Source: Ruditapes philippinarum (Eukaryota). From it: 64,000 nt of DNA. This document shows positions 12,750 to 27,000 of the stretch, one piece after another (positions within the stretch are counted from its first letter, which is position 1; each line of letters begins with the position of its first letter). The stretch is taken from contig NW_026852998.1 of the NCBI RefSeq assembly GCF_026571515.1, forward strand, positions 434,001 through 498,000, read 5' to 3'. A program made the translations under genes and the position numbers. Under the pieces are notes generated by a model. That model was given only the letters and a program-made list of their open reading frames with translations, did no database searches and had not been told where the DNA came from.

Positions 12750-12763
12750 TGACGTCACGTGAC
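12750..12763. promoter_or_regulatory. Overlapping CRE (TGACGTCA) and CLEAR/E-box (GTCACGTGAC) in the likely USP6NL promoter
   Basis: TGACGTCACGTGAC at 12750-12763. It lies about 290 bp upstream of a GTAAGT donor at 13052 (putative non-coding exon 1), in CpG-retaining sequence. Confidence 0.55.
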
Positions 12764-13555
12764 TTTTCCAGCTAAGAAGTTGACCTACTACTTTTGACAA
12801 GGTATTTAACGTTTCAACCACGCCTCTTTCTTTTAATTTTTTTAATGTTCTTGTAAATCGATTGCTTATAAATCGATTGACAAGTTTACTTAAGTCAGTA
12901 ATTGTCAAATCTTACTCTGACCTCAATATTTCTGCTGTTTACATTCATAATTATTTTGTCACTTCGCTGATTTCATTTTCAGTTGACATTTTTGTCATGT
13001 TTTTTTTTCCTACGGTGAAGGGAACGATATTTAGATCTCATTATTTGACGCGTAAGTATGAATGGTTTTATAAAATTGAAATGATTATTGTTCTGAACAT
13101 CTTGTTTTCATTTATGTCAATGATGTGTTGTGGAATCCGGTGTTGTGTGATTAATCATTCCGCATGGAAAAAGTCTAATAATGTTATAAAAGTAACAAGT
13201 GTTTCTTTACAGAACAAACAAAATTTAAATTTATGTGTTTGAAATTATATTTTGTGAAACATGAAAATTGTATTGCGAAAGCTTTGACTTTTGTTGCCGA
13301 CTTCATATAACATAACTTGTCATCTATTCCAATCTCAACCTCCACCCCAAATCACAAAATATTGCCTAGCATAATGACAGCATGATTAGATTTTCATGGT
13401 GCCAGTGAAACAGCAGTGGTTTTCATCTGCCATTTTTGTTTCTGTTTACATGAAACAGTGACAATGGAGTGATGCACTGATTAGATAATATTATCTCAGG
13501 TCCTCTCTTTTGACAGTTCCTTGACATACTGAGCTAAAAACATGAAATACAAATT

Positions 13556-14338
13556 CAGGCCTCGACAAATCCATTTGCCCACTCGCATTTGCGAGTGAAA
13601 GTTTGCATCCGGCGAGAGAGAAAATTGATCAAACTCACCCACCAGGGCGAGTCAGATTCTCCTGAGCCAATGTTTCTCTAAACATTTATAAATGAAGTAA
13701 TTCTTTATGAGAACCAAACTGCAATAATAACTGTAATACTGTCAAACGAATCCGGAAATTGACTGTATGACTTAGAGGGTGTTCGGTAGACTCTGAAACT
13801 CAAGGGTCAATGATCCGTCACACAAAATTTTTAAGGATCAAACCTATATTGTTTTGTGAATGCGAAATTTTTGCGTTGGCACTTGTTGATTGACAAACAG
13901 TTAAGTTTCCATGCGTCCATCAGAAATTATCAGGAGAGCTGATTTTATGACGGGTCAAATGAGTGCATTTCAGAATTTTCACAGGTCAAACGAACATCCT
14001 GACAAAATGTAAAACTTTTCCGAACACGTAAGGTGAATCAATTCGACGACAGCAGCAAACGACAATGTTTTATACAGACATGTTTGGTAATGTCTTATAC
14101 TGAGACATAAGGTCGATATTTTAGCCGAGTGCCTTAGAATTTGAATGAAATAAGTTTTCTGGCCGCTATGTCGAAGATCATAAATTAAAAAAATGAAAAG
14201 TATTGTAAACAATATGTATTTGTATGTATAGAAGATTATTCCTATATAGACAGTAAGTAGTAAATTTGAACAAATTTTGTCTGTCAAAATACTGGTCAAG
14301 TTCATTTTATGAAGGGCAAGTAAATTTGTATGGTCACG
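13556..14338. mobile_element. Degenerate TIR element (hAT-like CAGG terminus)
   Basis: Left end CAGGCCTCGACAAATCCATTTGCCC. The degraded right end is GGGCAAGTAAATTTGTATGGTCACG. CpG-richer than its flanks. Confidence 0.4.
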
Positions 14339-15079
14339 CCCCACATTAATCGATCAATGCCTGACATAACTGGATATAGGGGGTAATCATGACCTTTGGC
14401 AATATGTTTGTTAAGAATCTACATGTATTTTAAAAAGTTTAATGATAACTATACCAAAGCCATGCAAAAGTCTTGAATCATAAAATTTGAACTTCTTGCA
14501 AAGATAATGTGAGGGAAAGAAAATGAAAAATTATGCAAAATTATTGAGTTAAAGGCGCAATTAAAATAATTATCCTTCAGAAACTGATTGAGCAATTGAT
14601 CTGGAATTTTGCAAACAAGTTATTGGTCCAAGCTTGCATCTTATAGTACACAAATCTCGAAGAAAAAAAAATTTACTGTCATGCTAAAAACCCTCAGAGT
14701 ATAAAGCTTAGAACTGACTTCACCATAAAAAATGTTGGGCTTTATGATTGTAATAGGATGAGACATACTTGCTATATATTGTATATTGCAGTTTGTTTCC
14801 TTTTTAGTCAAACAAAAGATCTTTGAATGTTAATTTTGAATAATGGTTGATATATTAAAGATAAGCACAACAGGTTGATCACTCTCATGAACGGCAGTGC
14901 ACCTTGAAGCTGTTGTAACAAAAGTTTGTTTGTAATGGAGAGTAAGCTTGATAACATCTATAATCTTGAAAAAATTGAATTACTTTACTAAAAAATAGAT
15001 TGTTTGTGATAAAATAGTAATTTATATTTTAGAATGAAGAAACATTAGTGCCAGAAAAATGTAAAAGATTTTGTGACAC

Positions 15080-18000
15080 ATGGACATGGGTAAGTGTTGT
15101 TTAAATTTAATACTTTAATGATTATCAGTATTGATATTTTTAGATAAACTGTAATTAGACATAATGTGATAACAGTATTGTAATCTGATATATAATGAAT
15201 TTTAAAATGAGAGAGGTTTATTCAAATAAGATTTTTTATCATACTTGATCAATGAATGGCATGCAAGCCAATCAAGGAAATGTGCTTCAAATGTGGGACA
15301 TGATATTGATAGTTTAAAGTCACGTTATTCCTCATTTAAAAAGAATATTTTTTCCCTTTCTTTAAAACGTCAAACATGACTTTAAAACGTTTAAATAATG
15401 GTATTAGAGCCAGTTTGTAACTTTGTGAAATATATAACAATCATTTGAAGCCACTTAATGCTTGACATGTGAGAATATTAAAATTACCTGTGTGGTTTAT
15501 TTAACCACTCCACTTTTCAAAATTGAAATTTGTTCATACACATGGACATATATGCACGATTGATTGATATGCGTAACAAATGGGAAGGTGTTTTACAAAA
15601 TATAAACTGCAGAAAAATCTCATAGTCCATTCTATTTAATCTAGGTCTAATTATGTAAACTGTGAAAACATTCCTGATTTTCTCCTGCCTTACACAACCT
15701 TCCTTAGACAAGTGCAGAAAGTGCCAAAAATTTCAATTTTTTCCATATGATGTCAAAGATTTTGAAGAATTTTCTATTTAGCAACATTGTTAACACAGTT
15801 TTTCCCCAAATTTACCTTCAGTTTTATGTTGTGATCTCTGTTTTCTAAATTTGGTAGACAGAGACCAATGCCCCAAAAAAATTGTATGAAAATCACTAGT
15901 ATTATAAAAATGTACATAATGTATCATTCACATATTGTGACAATTTCATCAGTATCAGGAAATTTAATAAATATTATATGTATGTGGTAATTTGATCATG
16001 AAATCAGTACATAAATTAATACTATGTATGTTGTTTTTTTTTTCTTTATAAAAATTCATACTGTGTAAAATGGTACAACATAAAGTACAACATTTAACAT
16101 CAAAGAGGAAAAGGTTAACATCTCAGTAGGAGTTATCTACATCTTATTTAAGAACTGAATATTACCTTATTTATTACAATTTTTACAGATAATTAAAGAG
16201 GGAGTGGGGGTTTAAACAGATGTGAAAATCAAACTTGTGGAAAATGTTCTCTATTAGATTTTAAGAAAAGTAATGTGATTCATGATTCATGTGATGAGTT
16301 GTTGATACATTTAACTGGTTTTGCAGTATTTATAACCATATTTGTGACTAACACAGGAAGGACTATTCTTGCATATTTTTGACTATTTGGTACTTTACAT
16401 GGATTGTAAGTGCCATTTGCAATGTGGTACTGTGAATTACTTTGTTTGTTCCCTTCAAAATAATTAACTTTTAAATATATTTTCAAAATCTTCATGATAA
16501 TTAGTGTGAATCTTGAGACATGCTGCTGTCAGCAACTTTGTACTTTAGTTTCCATGGGAAGTACTTTAGTTTCCCTGGAAAGTACTTTATTTCCATGGGA
16601 AGTACTTTAGTTTCCATGGGAAGTACTTTAGTTTCCCTGGGAAGTACTTTATTTCCATGGGAAGTACTTTAGTTTCCATGGGAAGTACTTTAGTTTCCAT
16701 GGGAAGTACTTTAGTTTCCATGGGAAGTGTATCCAAGCCAAGTTTGATTCCAAACATGTTTCCTCTTTTGATCATACTTGTTAGTCTGGTTAAGCTTGAA
16801 TAAATATTGGCGATTAAAAAATCTGTGAAACAAGTACGAAGTAGCAATGATATGTATGTATTTGGAAGAGTAATAATATTGTGATAATATTACAGATGCC
16901 CTGAGCCTGGACGAATATGAGGAGTTACAGAGGGCAGCCTTGGAACGTCAGGAGATTGTTGCCAAATATGATAAGGTATGTTATTTATACATTAATTTGA
17001 ATGTCATAGAAATTTGACAAGATGATATACAGCAGTTTGTATGTTACAGAATTTATACACAGTTATATACAACATTACAAGTAAAGCAAATAGGATGCAC
17101 TGTTTAATTTTATAACCGTTTTATGTTATTTCAACTCCGTTTATTACCTTTACCTTAAGAATTGAACAGTGGTTTAACAAGTTTAAGCATGTGAAGTGAA
17201 ATAACATAAACCATAGTGTAAATAGTTTACTGTGTGACAATGATACATAGATATTAATTGCTTGTTCAAACTGTAGCAGGTATTCACTGAAAACTTTATA
17301 CATGTCTTTTGGATCATAAATGCAAATCTTTATGCAAGATCCATAGCTCTTGCATGGATTTTGAATAAATTATTCCCTTAAATTTTTTCTTACATAGTCC
17401 TGGTTAAATTGCTGTTGTTAATCTTTTAACAAGTATGCAGCTATGGTAGTTTTCAATTAACATGTAGTTAATTATAATTAATTCTATTGCTCTGTGTGCT
17501 AAAATAAAAAAATTAATAATTTTACAATGTTTAGGGACGTGAAGAGGGGGCTCAAATTGACCCCTGGGAAGACCCAACTTTTGAGGTGTACCAGGTTACA
17601 GACAGATATGGATTTATTCAGTAAGTGGACTCCACTTTCTTTATTTTATACTTATTTTATATACCAATGGAAAAAATGAAATTCTATACCAGATAAAAAA
17701 TGAAATAATATACCGGTTCAAAAATGAGATTTTATTTCATTCCCTTAATTCTGTGTCATAATAAATCTTGCTTTAAAGCAGCCCAACCCTCAGAAGAGTA
17801 AAAGATGAAACATTATAGTGAAACATTAAAGAGTTTTCTTAAAAGTTAACAGTAATCTAGAGGAGTACTGCTGTAAGTGTTTAGTTGATGTAAAATAATT
17901 AAAACTACCGGGTAGTATACTAAGATCAAGAATCATGAAAACTTTAAACATTTATGTGACACAGACATGAACTAAACCACTGACTACCTGATGTAGAATA

Positions 18001-21000
18001 GGTGGTTACATATAAACTAGAGAGGTCAAAGGTTAAATATAAATATTTCCTCTCTTATGACTATCTGAACTGTTTACATCCTTATATATTTCCTGATTAA
18101 CTGTTTCAAATGTTGATATGCTTAGTTTCAGTTAGAAATGAAACATGATAAGTTATTAATACATTATAAGATTATTTGATAAAAAAAATCATGTTATACA
18201 ATTTATTGAATAATTCCATACTGACCTTTTTCCCAGGCTTAACTTCTATGTAGAACTTTATAGGAATTTTTTTTATAAAACATAGAAGTTAATTATACTA
18301 TGATATTAATTCTCTGTACATGACACATGTACTACAGTTCTGTTATACTTCCTAAAATGTTCTGGTTATGTCTGATGGGATAATTGTATGTCATTTGAAT
18401 TGAACAGTTTGATAGTTTAGTTTAAGTTGGTCAGCAATGACACTAGTATAGACCTAGATTAGTCTTATGTATCCTGCAGTTTGAATAGACTATACTGTCA
18501 AGTGTTGTGTGACATATATTTGAATGTTTAACTGTTACAAGTGGCTATTCCGCAGTCATGATGTATTGATGAATAAAGGTGTAACATGTAAATAAGGAGG
18601 TTAATCCCAAAAAATTTAACATAAAATGTATAAAACATCAGTCAATATAGCAAGGGTAAAAGTTTTCAGGAATTTTCCTGAAGTTCAGGATTCTCAGTCT
18701 CCTGAAAGCCTTCTATTTAAAATTATAGAAAAACTGCTAAATTCAGGATTTTCAGGATTTTTAAAATTTCCAACTTTTACCCATGCACTAGCACTTAACA
18801 TCATTTGTATACTATACAAGGAAACTTTCATTTGAAAAGTAATATTTTATGACTGTGTATGCATGTTTTTCAGTGTATTATAATAATATAATTTCAGTAA
18901 CAAAGCCCTACCTCATATGACAGATGCTGCCGAAGTCAAGGTTTGTGCTTTGAAAGTTCCACCTTTCTACAATTTCACAAAACATTATAATAATTAAATA
19001 AACTAGGGGATCTTTGTGGCAAGGTGGTTAGAGTCACAGATGAAAAAATCACTTGCCCCAGACAACTGTTGGTTCGAATCCCTATTGGGTCTATGGAATT
19101 TTTTCATGTGGGATAATTTATTCAGCTACCTAATGGTAGGTCAGTGGTTCTGCTCAGGTACCTGCTTGTGCTTGAAAATTCCCAGAGGGGGACCCGCGGT
19201 CTTCTTAAAGTATAACTGGAAATTAGCCTTATTTACAGTCTTTGTTACTTTCCAACAAAAAAGGAGAGAAATTTAACCAATTCCATCAGTACAGAGTCAA
19301 GCTAGACTTACATTTCAACAAGGCTCTTTATGGTTGACTGCTATAATTTTAGCATTTTTGTGTCGCCTCTACGGAGTAGTGGCGACATATAGGGATCACT
19401 TCTCCATTGTCTGTCTGTCCGTCCGTCACAAAACTTGTCCGGACTACTCCTCATAAACTACTAGTGCAATTTCATCCAAACTTTACAGGAATGATCAGTA
19501 CCAAGTCTAGTTGTGCATATTGTCAGCATTTTCCGGTTCAATGATTTTTGTCAGAGTTATGGCCCTTTAATAATTTTTATTTTTAAAGTTTGTCCGGACT
19601 ACTTCTCTTATACCACTAATGCAATTTCAATGAAACTTTACAGGATTGATCTGTAGCTCAAGTCCTTGCGCATATTGCACGGGTTTTCCGGTTGAATGAT
19701 TTTTGGCAGAGTTATGGCCCTTTGATAAAAAGGTGTTTTTTTCTGTATGTTGCCAGATACACAAAAGCTTGTTCGGACTACTCCTCATAAACTTCTTGTG
19801 CAATTTCATTCAAACTTTACAGGAATGATCAGTACCAAGTGTAGTTGTGCACTGTCCGTCTGTCTGTCCGTGTGTCACAAAACTTGTCCCAACATGAAAT
19901 TGGCCATCATGAGGCGACACATGTGATCACTGATCGCTCTTGTTATAATGAGATCACTCTTTTTCAAATCAGGATAGGTCAATTATCAACTTAAACTGAT
20001 AATGATGCTTAGTAGTAACTTTCACAAAGAACTTAAGCTGGAATCTAGAAACAATTTTGATTACAGAACAGAATTTTATTTACAGACTAATACATATGTA
20101 CATCGTCTTGTTAACAAAATTTTGATTACCCGTATAATACAGAGTGATAATACAATGTGCTGTAGACATACAAAAAAAATCTTGATCTTTGTAAAAAAAT
20201 CTTTTCAGACAAAACAGGTAGAATTAGAAAGAACAACAAAATGGGTGAAAATGATGAAAAATTGGAAGAAATATTATCCAGGGGAGAAGGTTTGTTTGTT
20301 TTTGATTTATGTTTTTTCAATGTATCTATTACTTCTTTTCTCTTTTAAATTGTAGGCAAATAGTTGCTTTAATTTTAGCTCGACTCCTACTCGCCCCGGC
20401 GTCAGCGTCCAGATTTCAGATTAAAGTTTTGGTGCAGTAAAATATTTTTCACTATAACTTTTTCATTTCTTAAGGTATCAACTTCAAACTTCAAATATAT
20501 ATTCCTTATCATCAACCACATCTTATGTGATAAGGTTCTTAACTCTAGCATCAATATTTTCAGATTGATCTCCCCTTGAACTTAGAATTGTCCATATAAT
20601 TATTATTTTTTACTGTTCTTCTTTATTTCTTAAGGGATCAACTTCATACTTTAAATATATGTTCCTTATTATCAACCACATCTTATTTGACATGGTTCAT
20701 AACTCTAGCACAAATATTTTAAGATTTATCTCCCCTTGAACTAAGAATTTTCCTTTAAAAATATTATTTTTTTACTGTTACTTCCTTATTTCTTAAGGGA
20801 TCACATTCATACTTCAAACATATGTTCCTTATCATCAAACACATCTTATGTGACAAGGTTCATAACTTTAGCACCAATTTTTTCAGATTTATTTCCCCTT
20901 GAACATAGAATTTTCCTTAAAAAATATAAAAAATTTTCTTTTACTTCTTTATTTCTTGAGGGATCAACTTCATACTTCAAATATATGTTCCTTATCATTA

Positions 21001-24000
21001 ACCACATATTACGTAACTCTAGCACCAATATTGCAAGAATTATCTCCCCATTAACTTACAGTTTTTTGGCTTGAATAATGTTATATTTTACTATAACTTA
21101 TTTAGTTTTAAAGGTATCTACCTCAAGGTTCAAATACATATTCCTTATCATCAATCAGATCTTCTGTGACAAGGTTCTTAACTCTTAAAGCATTATTTTC
21201 AGATTTATCTCCCTTTGAACTTAGAATTTTCTTTCAGAAATATAATAACTTCTTTACTTTTAACGGTATCTACTTCAAACTTCAAATATATATTTCTTAT
21301 CATTACACAAATGTTGTGTGACAAGGTCCTTAACTCTAGTGTGACTATAACCAGGATTTTTCCCCTTGAAATTGGAATTTATCTTCATAAGAAGAAATAT
21401 ATTTGTATCATAATTGATTTTTATTTCATAGTTTTCTCTTCCTTACTTAGTCGAGATTCACTGTCTCCTGTGACAGCTCTTGTTTATTTTTATACATAAT
21501 AGATATTTGAGAGATTTTTTGAAAGATAATTGGTCTTGACTATTCATTATACATTTTATGATATATATTTCAACTAGTTTTTCTTTGGTCTGTTTGATAG
21601 ACTGGTCATTGATATTTTATTGAGACCAAAGAATTTATATCTTTAATGGGAAAAAAGTAGTTAGGTGGCAGTGGTAGGATATTATAAGGTATTTGAAGAT
21701 TTTTGGTTTAACATACATATTAAAATTTTGGTGTTTTAAAGCCATATGATTTATGTGTTGCTAAAAAAAGAATAGTTTATGAAGGGCATTTACTTTACCT
21801 GATAAATGTTTTAGATATACATATTCTTTGTTGTTATTTCAGTTAACAAGAAGAATATATAAAGGTATACCGGACAAATTGAGAGGTGACATATGGTGTA
21901 AACTACTGGGTGTTAGCTTTGTCAAAGCAGAACAAGATGGTGTCTATTCTGTATGTATACTCGTTATAAAAAAAGATATAATCAGAGTTAAAAAAGAAGT
22001 TGTAAAAATTGTTGGTAAAAATAGTTGAAATCAGTAATGAAACTAAATATGAAATTAGATAAAATACTTGTGTATTATGAGAAGTACTACATATGGGCAG
22101 GGCAAGATTAGTCTTTTGACCATTGAATGAAGTGATCAGAGCCTTTGGCATACTGTTTTGTTTTCTAAGACAGTTTGGTTAGTTTTGATATCATAATGAT
22201 ATATGCAATCCTGAAATGTAATATAATGTTTACTAAATACAATGTTATTATCTGAAGATTAGGTAGGTTAACTTATTATTATGGTAAAAATCGAAATTAT
22301 ATGATATGTGCTAGTATCGAACATACAAGATGATTTTAGGCTGTATATGGCCCACTGAAGATTTCTAACACTATATTTAAGGCTCTTCAGCTTTCACAGT
22401 TTATCTTAGTGTTCTAAATACATCAAGTTTTTCTTCAACACTTCTTGTGTTTAGAGTTTCTCATTGTAAAACTATTGGGGTTTTTTTCACATGCTCGTAC
22501 TATAAATAATATCCATAGAATTGTTGCTACTTTTTCTCTTAAGTTGGTTAACTTCGTGTCTGTTGAGTATATTTCATTGCTTTAATTAAATATATATAGT
22601 GCATAATGAAACATGTTTAAAATTGTGAATACTATTAAAAATAAAGGTATATCATGATTTAGTGTCATCTACATTGTAGATAGTCACTACTACATGTAAG
22701 ACCTAGTTTAAAGTTAAACACACAAAGTTTTCTATATAATTTACACTAGTTTTTCACCAACTTTTCCTACCATAATGCTAGAGATGTGGAATACCTGTAC
22801 ATTTGTATTATTAGTAAATGAAAGAAAAAACTTTTTCAAGGTTGTAATATTATAGTTTGTTTTTCTGTTAATGGAGGTTTGTGGTTTTAATTAATGCATC
22901 AACATTTCAAGAATTGAAGTCTTAATTAAGAATTTTTCTCAGATATTTCAGATTTAATTGACATATAATTCATTTTCAGTTCTGTCTTTTTTTTTTTTTT
23001 TTTTAGGGAAATTGAATATGCTAAGTTTTTAATTAAGCAGTTACATAAATATGAAAACAGAAGCTTCAAATTTTAGATCTAGAAAACTTGAGTTTCTGTA
23101 ATATAATAATTTACCTGAGATAAGTTGAAATTTTAAATTTGTGTACTTGAGTTGACTGCTGTTAAGTTATTAAAATTAAATACCATTGTTACTAATTGAA
23201 GGGATTTCAATGTCTAAATGTTAAAATCAAACAATCAATTATTGGTTAATTTGGTCTGCTCAGTGTGCTAGAATGTAGAGGCTTGTACAGCTCTAAACTA
23301 TTGATATTTATAAGCAGTCGGTCATAATTTCTAGCATTATTACGGAAAATTGGTGGTTCTATTTGGGAGCCCTTTCATGACTAAAATAATGCATGAAAGT
23401 GCACCTTGGTCTTCCTCAACCAGTAAAGCTGGAAAGTCTCTATATGACCTATTCTGTGTTGATGCAGTGTTAAACCCAACAAATTTTTTTTTATTATCCA
23501 GTGAGTTAATTTATACCTGTGTATTGTATGTTACAGCGTATGAGGAGTAGGGCTCGTTCAATATCTCCACATATCCGCCAGATTGACCTGGATGTTAATA
23601 GGACGTACAGAAATCATATCATGTTTCGTGAACGATACGGTGTCAAGTATGTACATGTTATAGTTTTAATATTATATTACCATACAGTGTTAAATTCTAT
23701 ACTGCTGTAGTTTACTACTGTAACATTAAGAAATTTATATAGAATCTGTGCAATGGGAACAGTTAATACAAGAATTTATTGTCTTTGTTGGATGTTTGTA
23801 CAATTTAACTTTATTGATTATATAGCGTTAATTTTATGCTAGCCAGTTCTAGTGTCTGTGTTATTAGATTTATAGTCCAAGGGTTGCTGGTTAGATCCTT
23901 AGGTGAGGCATTATTTCTCCATAACAATTGTTCATGGACATCAAGTTTATTGTTTATTTGTTTCTCACAGCTGATTCATAAGTCATGTATAGTAGTTGGT

Positions 24001-27000
24001 TTTATTGCTAAGGAATCAGCAATTACCAGTTAGTAATCCAAACAAGTCAGTTTGGTGGACCAGCTGCTGAGATATGACTAAAAATATATTATATTGATGT
24101 AAAAAATATACATACAATGACATTGTTATATAATGGTGGCACTTGTCATAGAGCTCGTACACCTTAGCCACTGAGCTATTGCTTTTCTTGTATAAAAACA
24201 GAGTTGATGTGTAATCAAAACATTTGAAATTACCACTGAGAACATGATACGTAAAAAAAAAACTCGAAAAAAACATTTTTTGTGACTAAAGAAAATAAAT
24301 GAATAAATTATAAGATGTATACTACATGTATTAAGAATTGTGTATATTGATAGCTGTACAGAAGTAGTAACAATTTGTTTCGTATCTTTTCTAGATAGTA
24401 CATAGTAAGTTAAGACAGACGTATGTTTTGTATTTCAGGCAACAAGCATTATTTCATGTTCTGGCAGCATATTCTATGTATAATACAGAGGTGGGGTACT
24501 GCCAGGGGATGAGTGAAATAGCAGCACTACTTCTCATGTACCTTAATGAAGAGGTGCGTTCTTTATTTAATCTGTAACATACTGTAAAAAAAAATCTGAA
24601 GAAGCTGATGTGAAACAATTTATCAAATATTAAAGACAAAACATGTTTTTTTGGTATATTTACATTAAAAAGTAATTGTCAATGTCAGGTGATGAATGAT
24701 TATAATGTAACATATTTACTATATTTTATATTTACAGGATGCATTTTGGGCATTATCACAGTTATTTACAGATAAAAAACATGGCATGCATGGTATGTTA
24801 TACATTATGTAAAGTTTGTGATACTCACTCTTACTACACTAAATATCTTATATGGACTTGTCCATCTTTCATTCTGGACAAAACCATTTATAATTTTAAG
24901 GGAAAATTTCACAAGCAAACAGTGCAGATCATGATCAGATAGCACTAGGGTACCTGCTAATCTTGGTCTGCACTGGTATCAGTATAGAATCTGCCACCGC
25001 TAGCAGGTTTTGAGTTGATATCTCTATGCTCATGTATATAACAAATATACAAAATATTACAGTATAGTTAGAAAATAAAGCATTGTAAAATAAGAAAAAT
25101 GATATGGATATTGAAGATAATGAGATAAAAAATATACTTTATAAAGATAATTTAATGATAAAAAAAATCTGTACAAAATTAAAAAATAGAATAGTTATTG
25201 CGTACTTTGTGTTATGACCTGCATTAGTAAGAGCAATGTGACCATTGACTGTAGGTATAAATATTACATTTCTGTGTTTCAGGTTTATTTATACCAAAAT
25301 TTCCAAAGTTATTAAGATTCCAGGAACATCATGATAATGTGTTAAAGAAATTTTACCCGAAAGTTCGCAGACATCTGGTATGTGTAATTGTCATCATTTA
25401 TTCTTTGTTTTATTATTTTCCTTGCTTATTATTTGAGTTATATTTTTCAGTTTGATCTTTGTTAAATAAATTCAATGTCATTAGGTGTTTGTGAAAACAA
25501 AACAAGCAATATCTGATGATTTTCTCACTTGTTTCTCACTGTTATAAAAAGTTACTTTTATTATATAACTTAATGAAACTTTATAATTGAATTTGAATTG
25601 CATATGAAGTAAACAAAGAGAGTATTGTAGTTTGTGTATAACTAGTATTACTAGTTTCACTGAACTATTTGAATGCATGTGGCAATAATGAAAGGGATAT
25701 AAAATAGCCAGATTATTATAATTATTACTATGAAATGATACATATTCATATTCAAGGAGCAATTTTTGTTTCGAACATTTCAGGAGAAGGAAGGAATAGA
25801 TTCAGGTCTCTACACAATAAAATATTTCCTCCAGTGTTTCCTTGATAGGGTAAGGACTAAATTGTGTTGTTTTATTAGTTGATTACATGCTCGAAAAAAA
25901 TACATATAATTTATTTAGATAGATATATGATTTGTGATCAGTTGTAAACAGATTTAAATTGAAACACAATAGCAGTTGTACATCCACCTATAAGGCTATA
26001 TTGGCTTTGTCGTCTGTTTCTGTCAGTGGATGGACAGATTTAACACTGGACATAACATCTTGTTAAATACTTCTAATCCCCTTATGGTTACCATGTCAAA
26101 AATTCCCAATTTTAATAGCATTTGTTGCTAAGGAAAAAAAACCAACAGAAATTTGCATTATCAATTTATGTTTTTCATTGCCTTTATTTCCATTTTATCT
26201 TAAAAGTAATGTTTTCTATGTTTTTCAGCTTCCATTTACATTGACATTAAGAGTATGGGATATATTTATGTTGGAAGGGGAGAGAATACTCACTGGCATG
26301 AGTTATACCATTGTTAAACTTCATAGACGTAAGTGATCTTACAAAATAGTTCTCTTAGGAGAGCAATTTTTAAGATTTTTTCTATTTTCCTGGGAACAAT
26401 TAAAATATAATTTTAGGGTAATTTTTTTACTCTTTTCACAAGAATGCACACAATATATAATTTAAAGAATTCTTTTATAAATGTTGATCTAAAACATACA
26501 TGCACTTATTTAGAAAGAAGTATATTTTTGTACTATTTATGCACCTGCCATGTTATTTGTTGTCAAATGTTTCTAATGTACCACAAGTAATTATTGAAAG
26601 CAAAGAAATTAAAATTTCAGTATGAGGAAAGTTTAAAACAACTTAGTATTACCCAATCAAACACAATAAAAATTGTTGCAAGATATTAAAAGTTAAGCAG
26701 TTTTAAAATACATATTACAAAAAAAAGCTCAGCTTTTACTTCTGAGAGCAAGAACATAATTACCATCTAGTTTCAGGTAAATCTTTCAACAACAAAAATT
26801 GTCAATATTTGATAAATATTTTGAACATTATTTTGGCTTTTTGTTATCAACAGGAAAGATAAGGAAGCTAAGAATGGACAACTTGCTGCCATTTTTCCAG
26901 TCAGAATTAGAGGCTGATTTTAAATATGATGATGATACTGTTATAGACCAACTACAAGTATCGCTAGAGGAGTTGAGGAAAGCCAAGATGGATGTCCCAC

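Noticed and set aside
16587-16847. ORF with (LPMETKV)n
   Set aside because: This is a translation of the 21-bp intronic minisatellite.
19006-19090. tRNA gene
   Set aside because: It has A and B boxes but no convincing cloverleaf, and it continues into SINE body sequence.
26799-26853. ORF-track start of the 516-aa ORF as a separate gene
   Set aside because: This part is intronic. The exon starts at 26854 and is the last exon of USP6NL.
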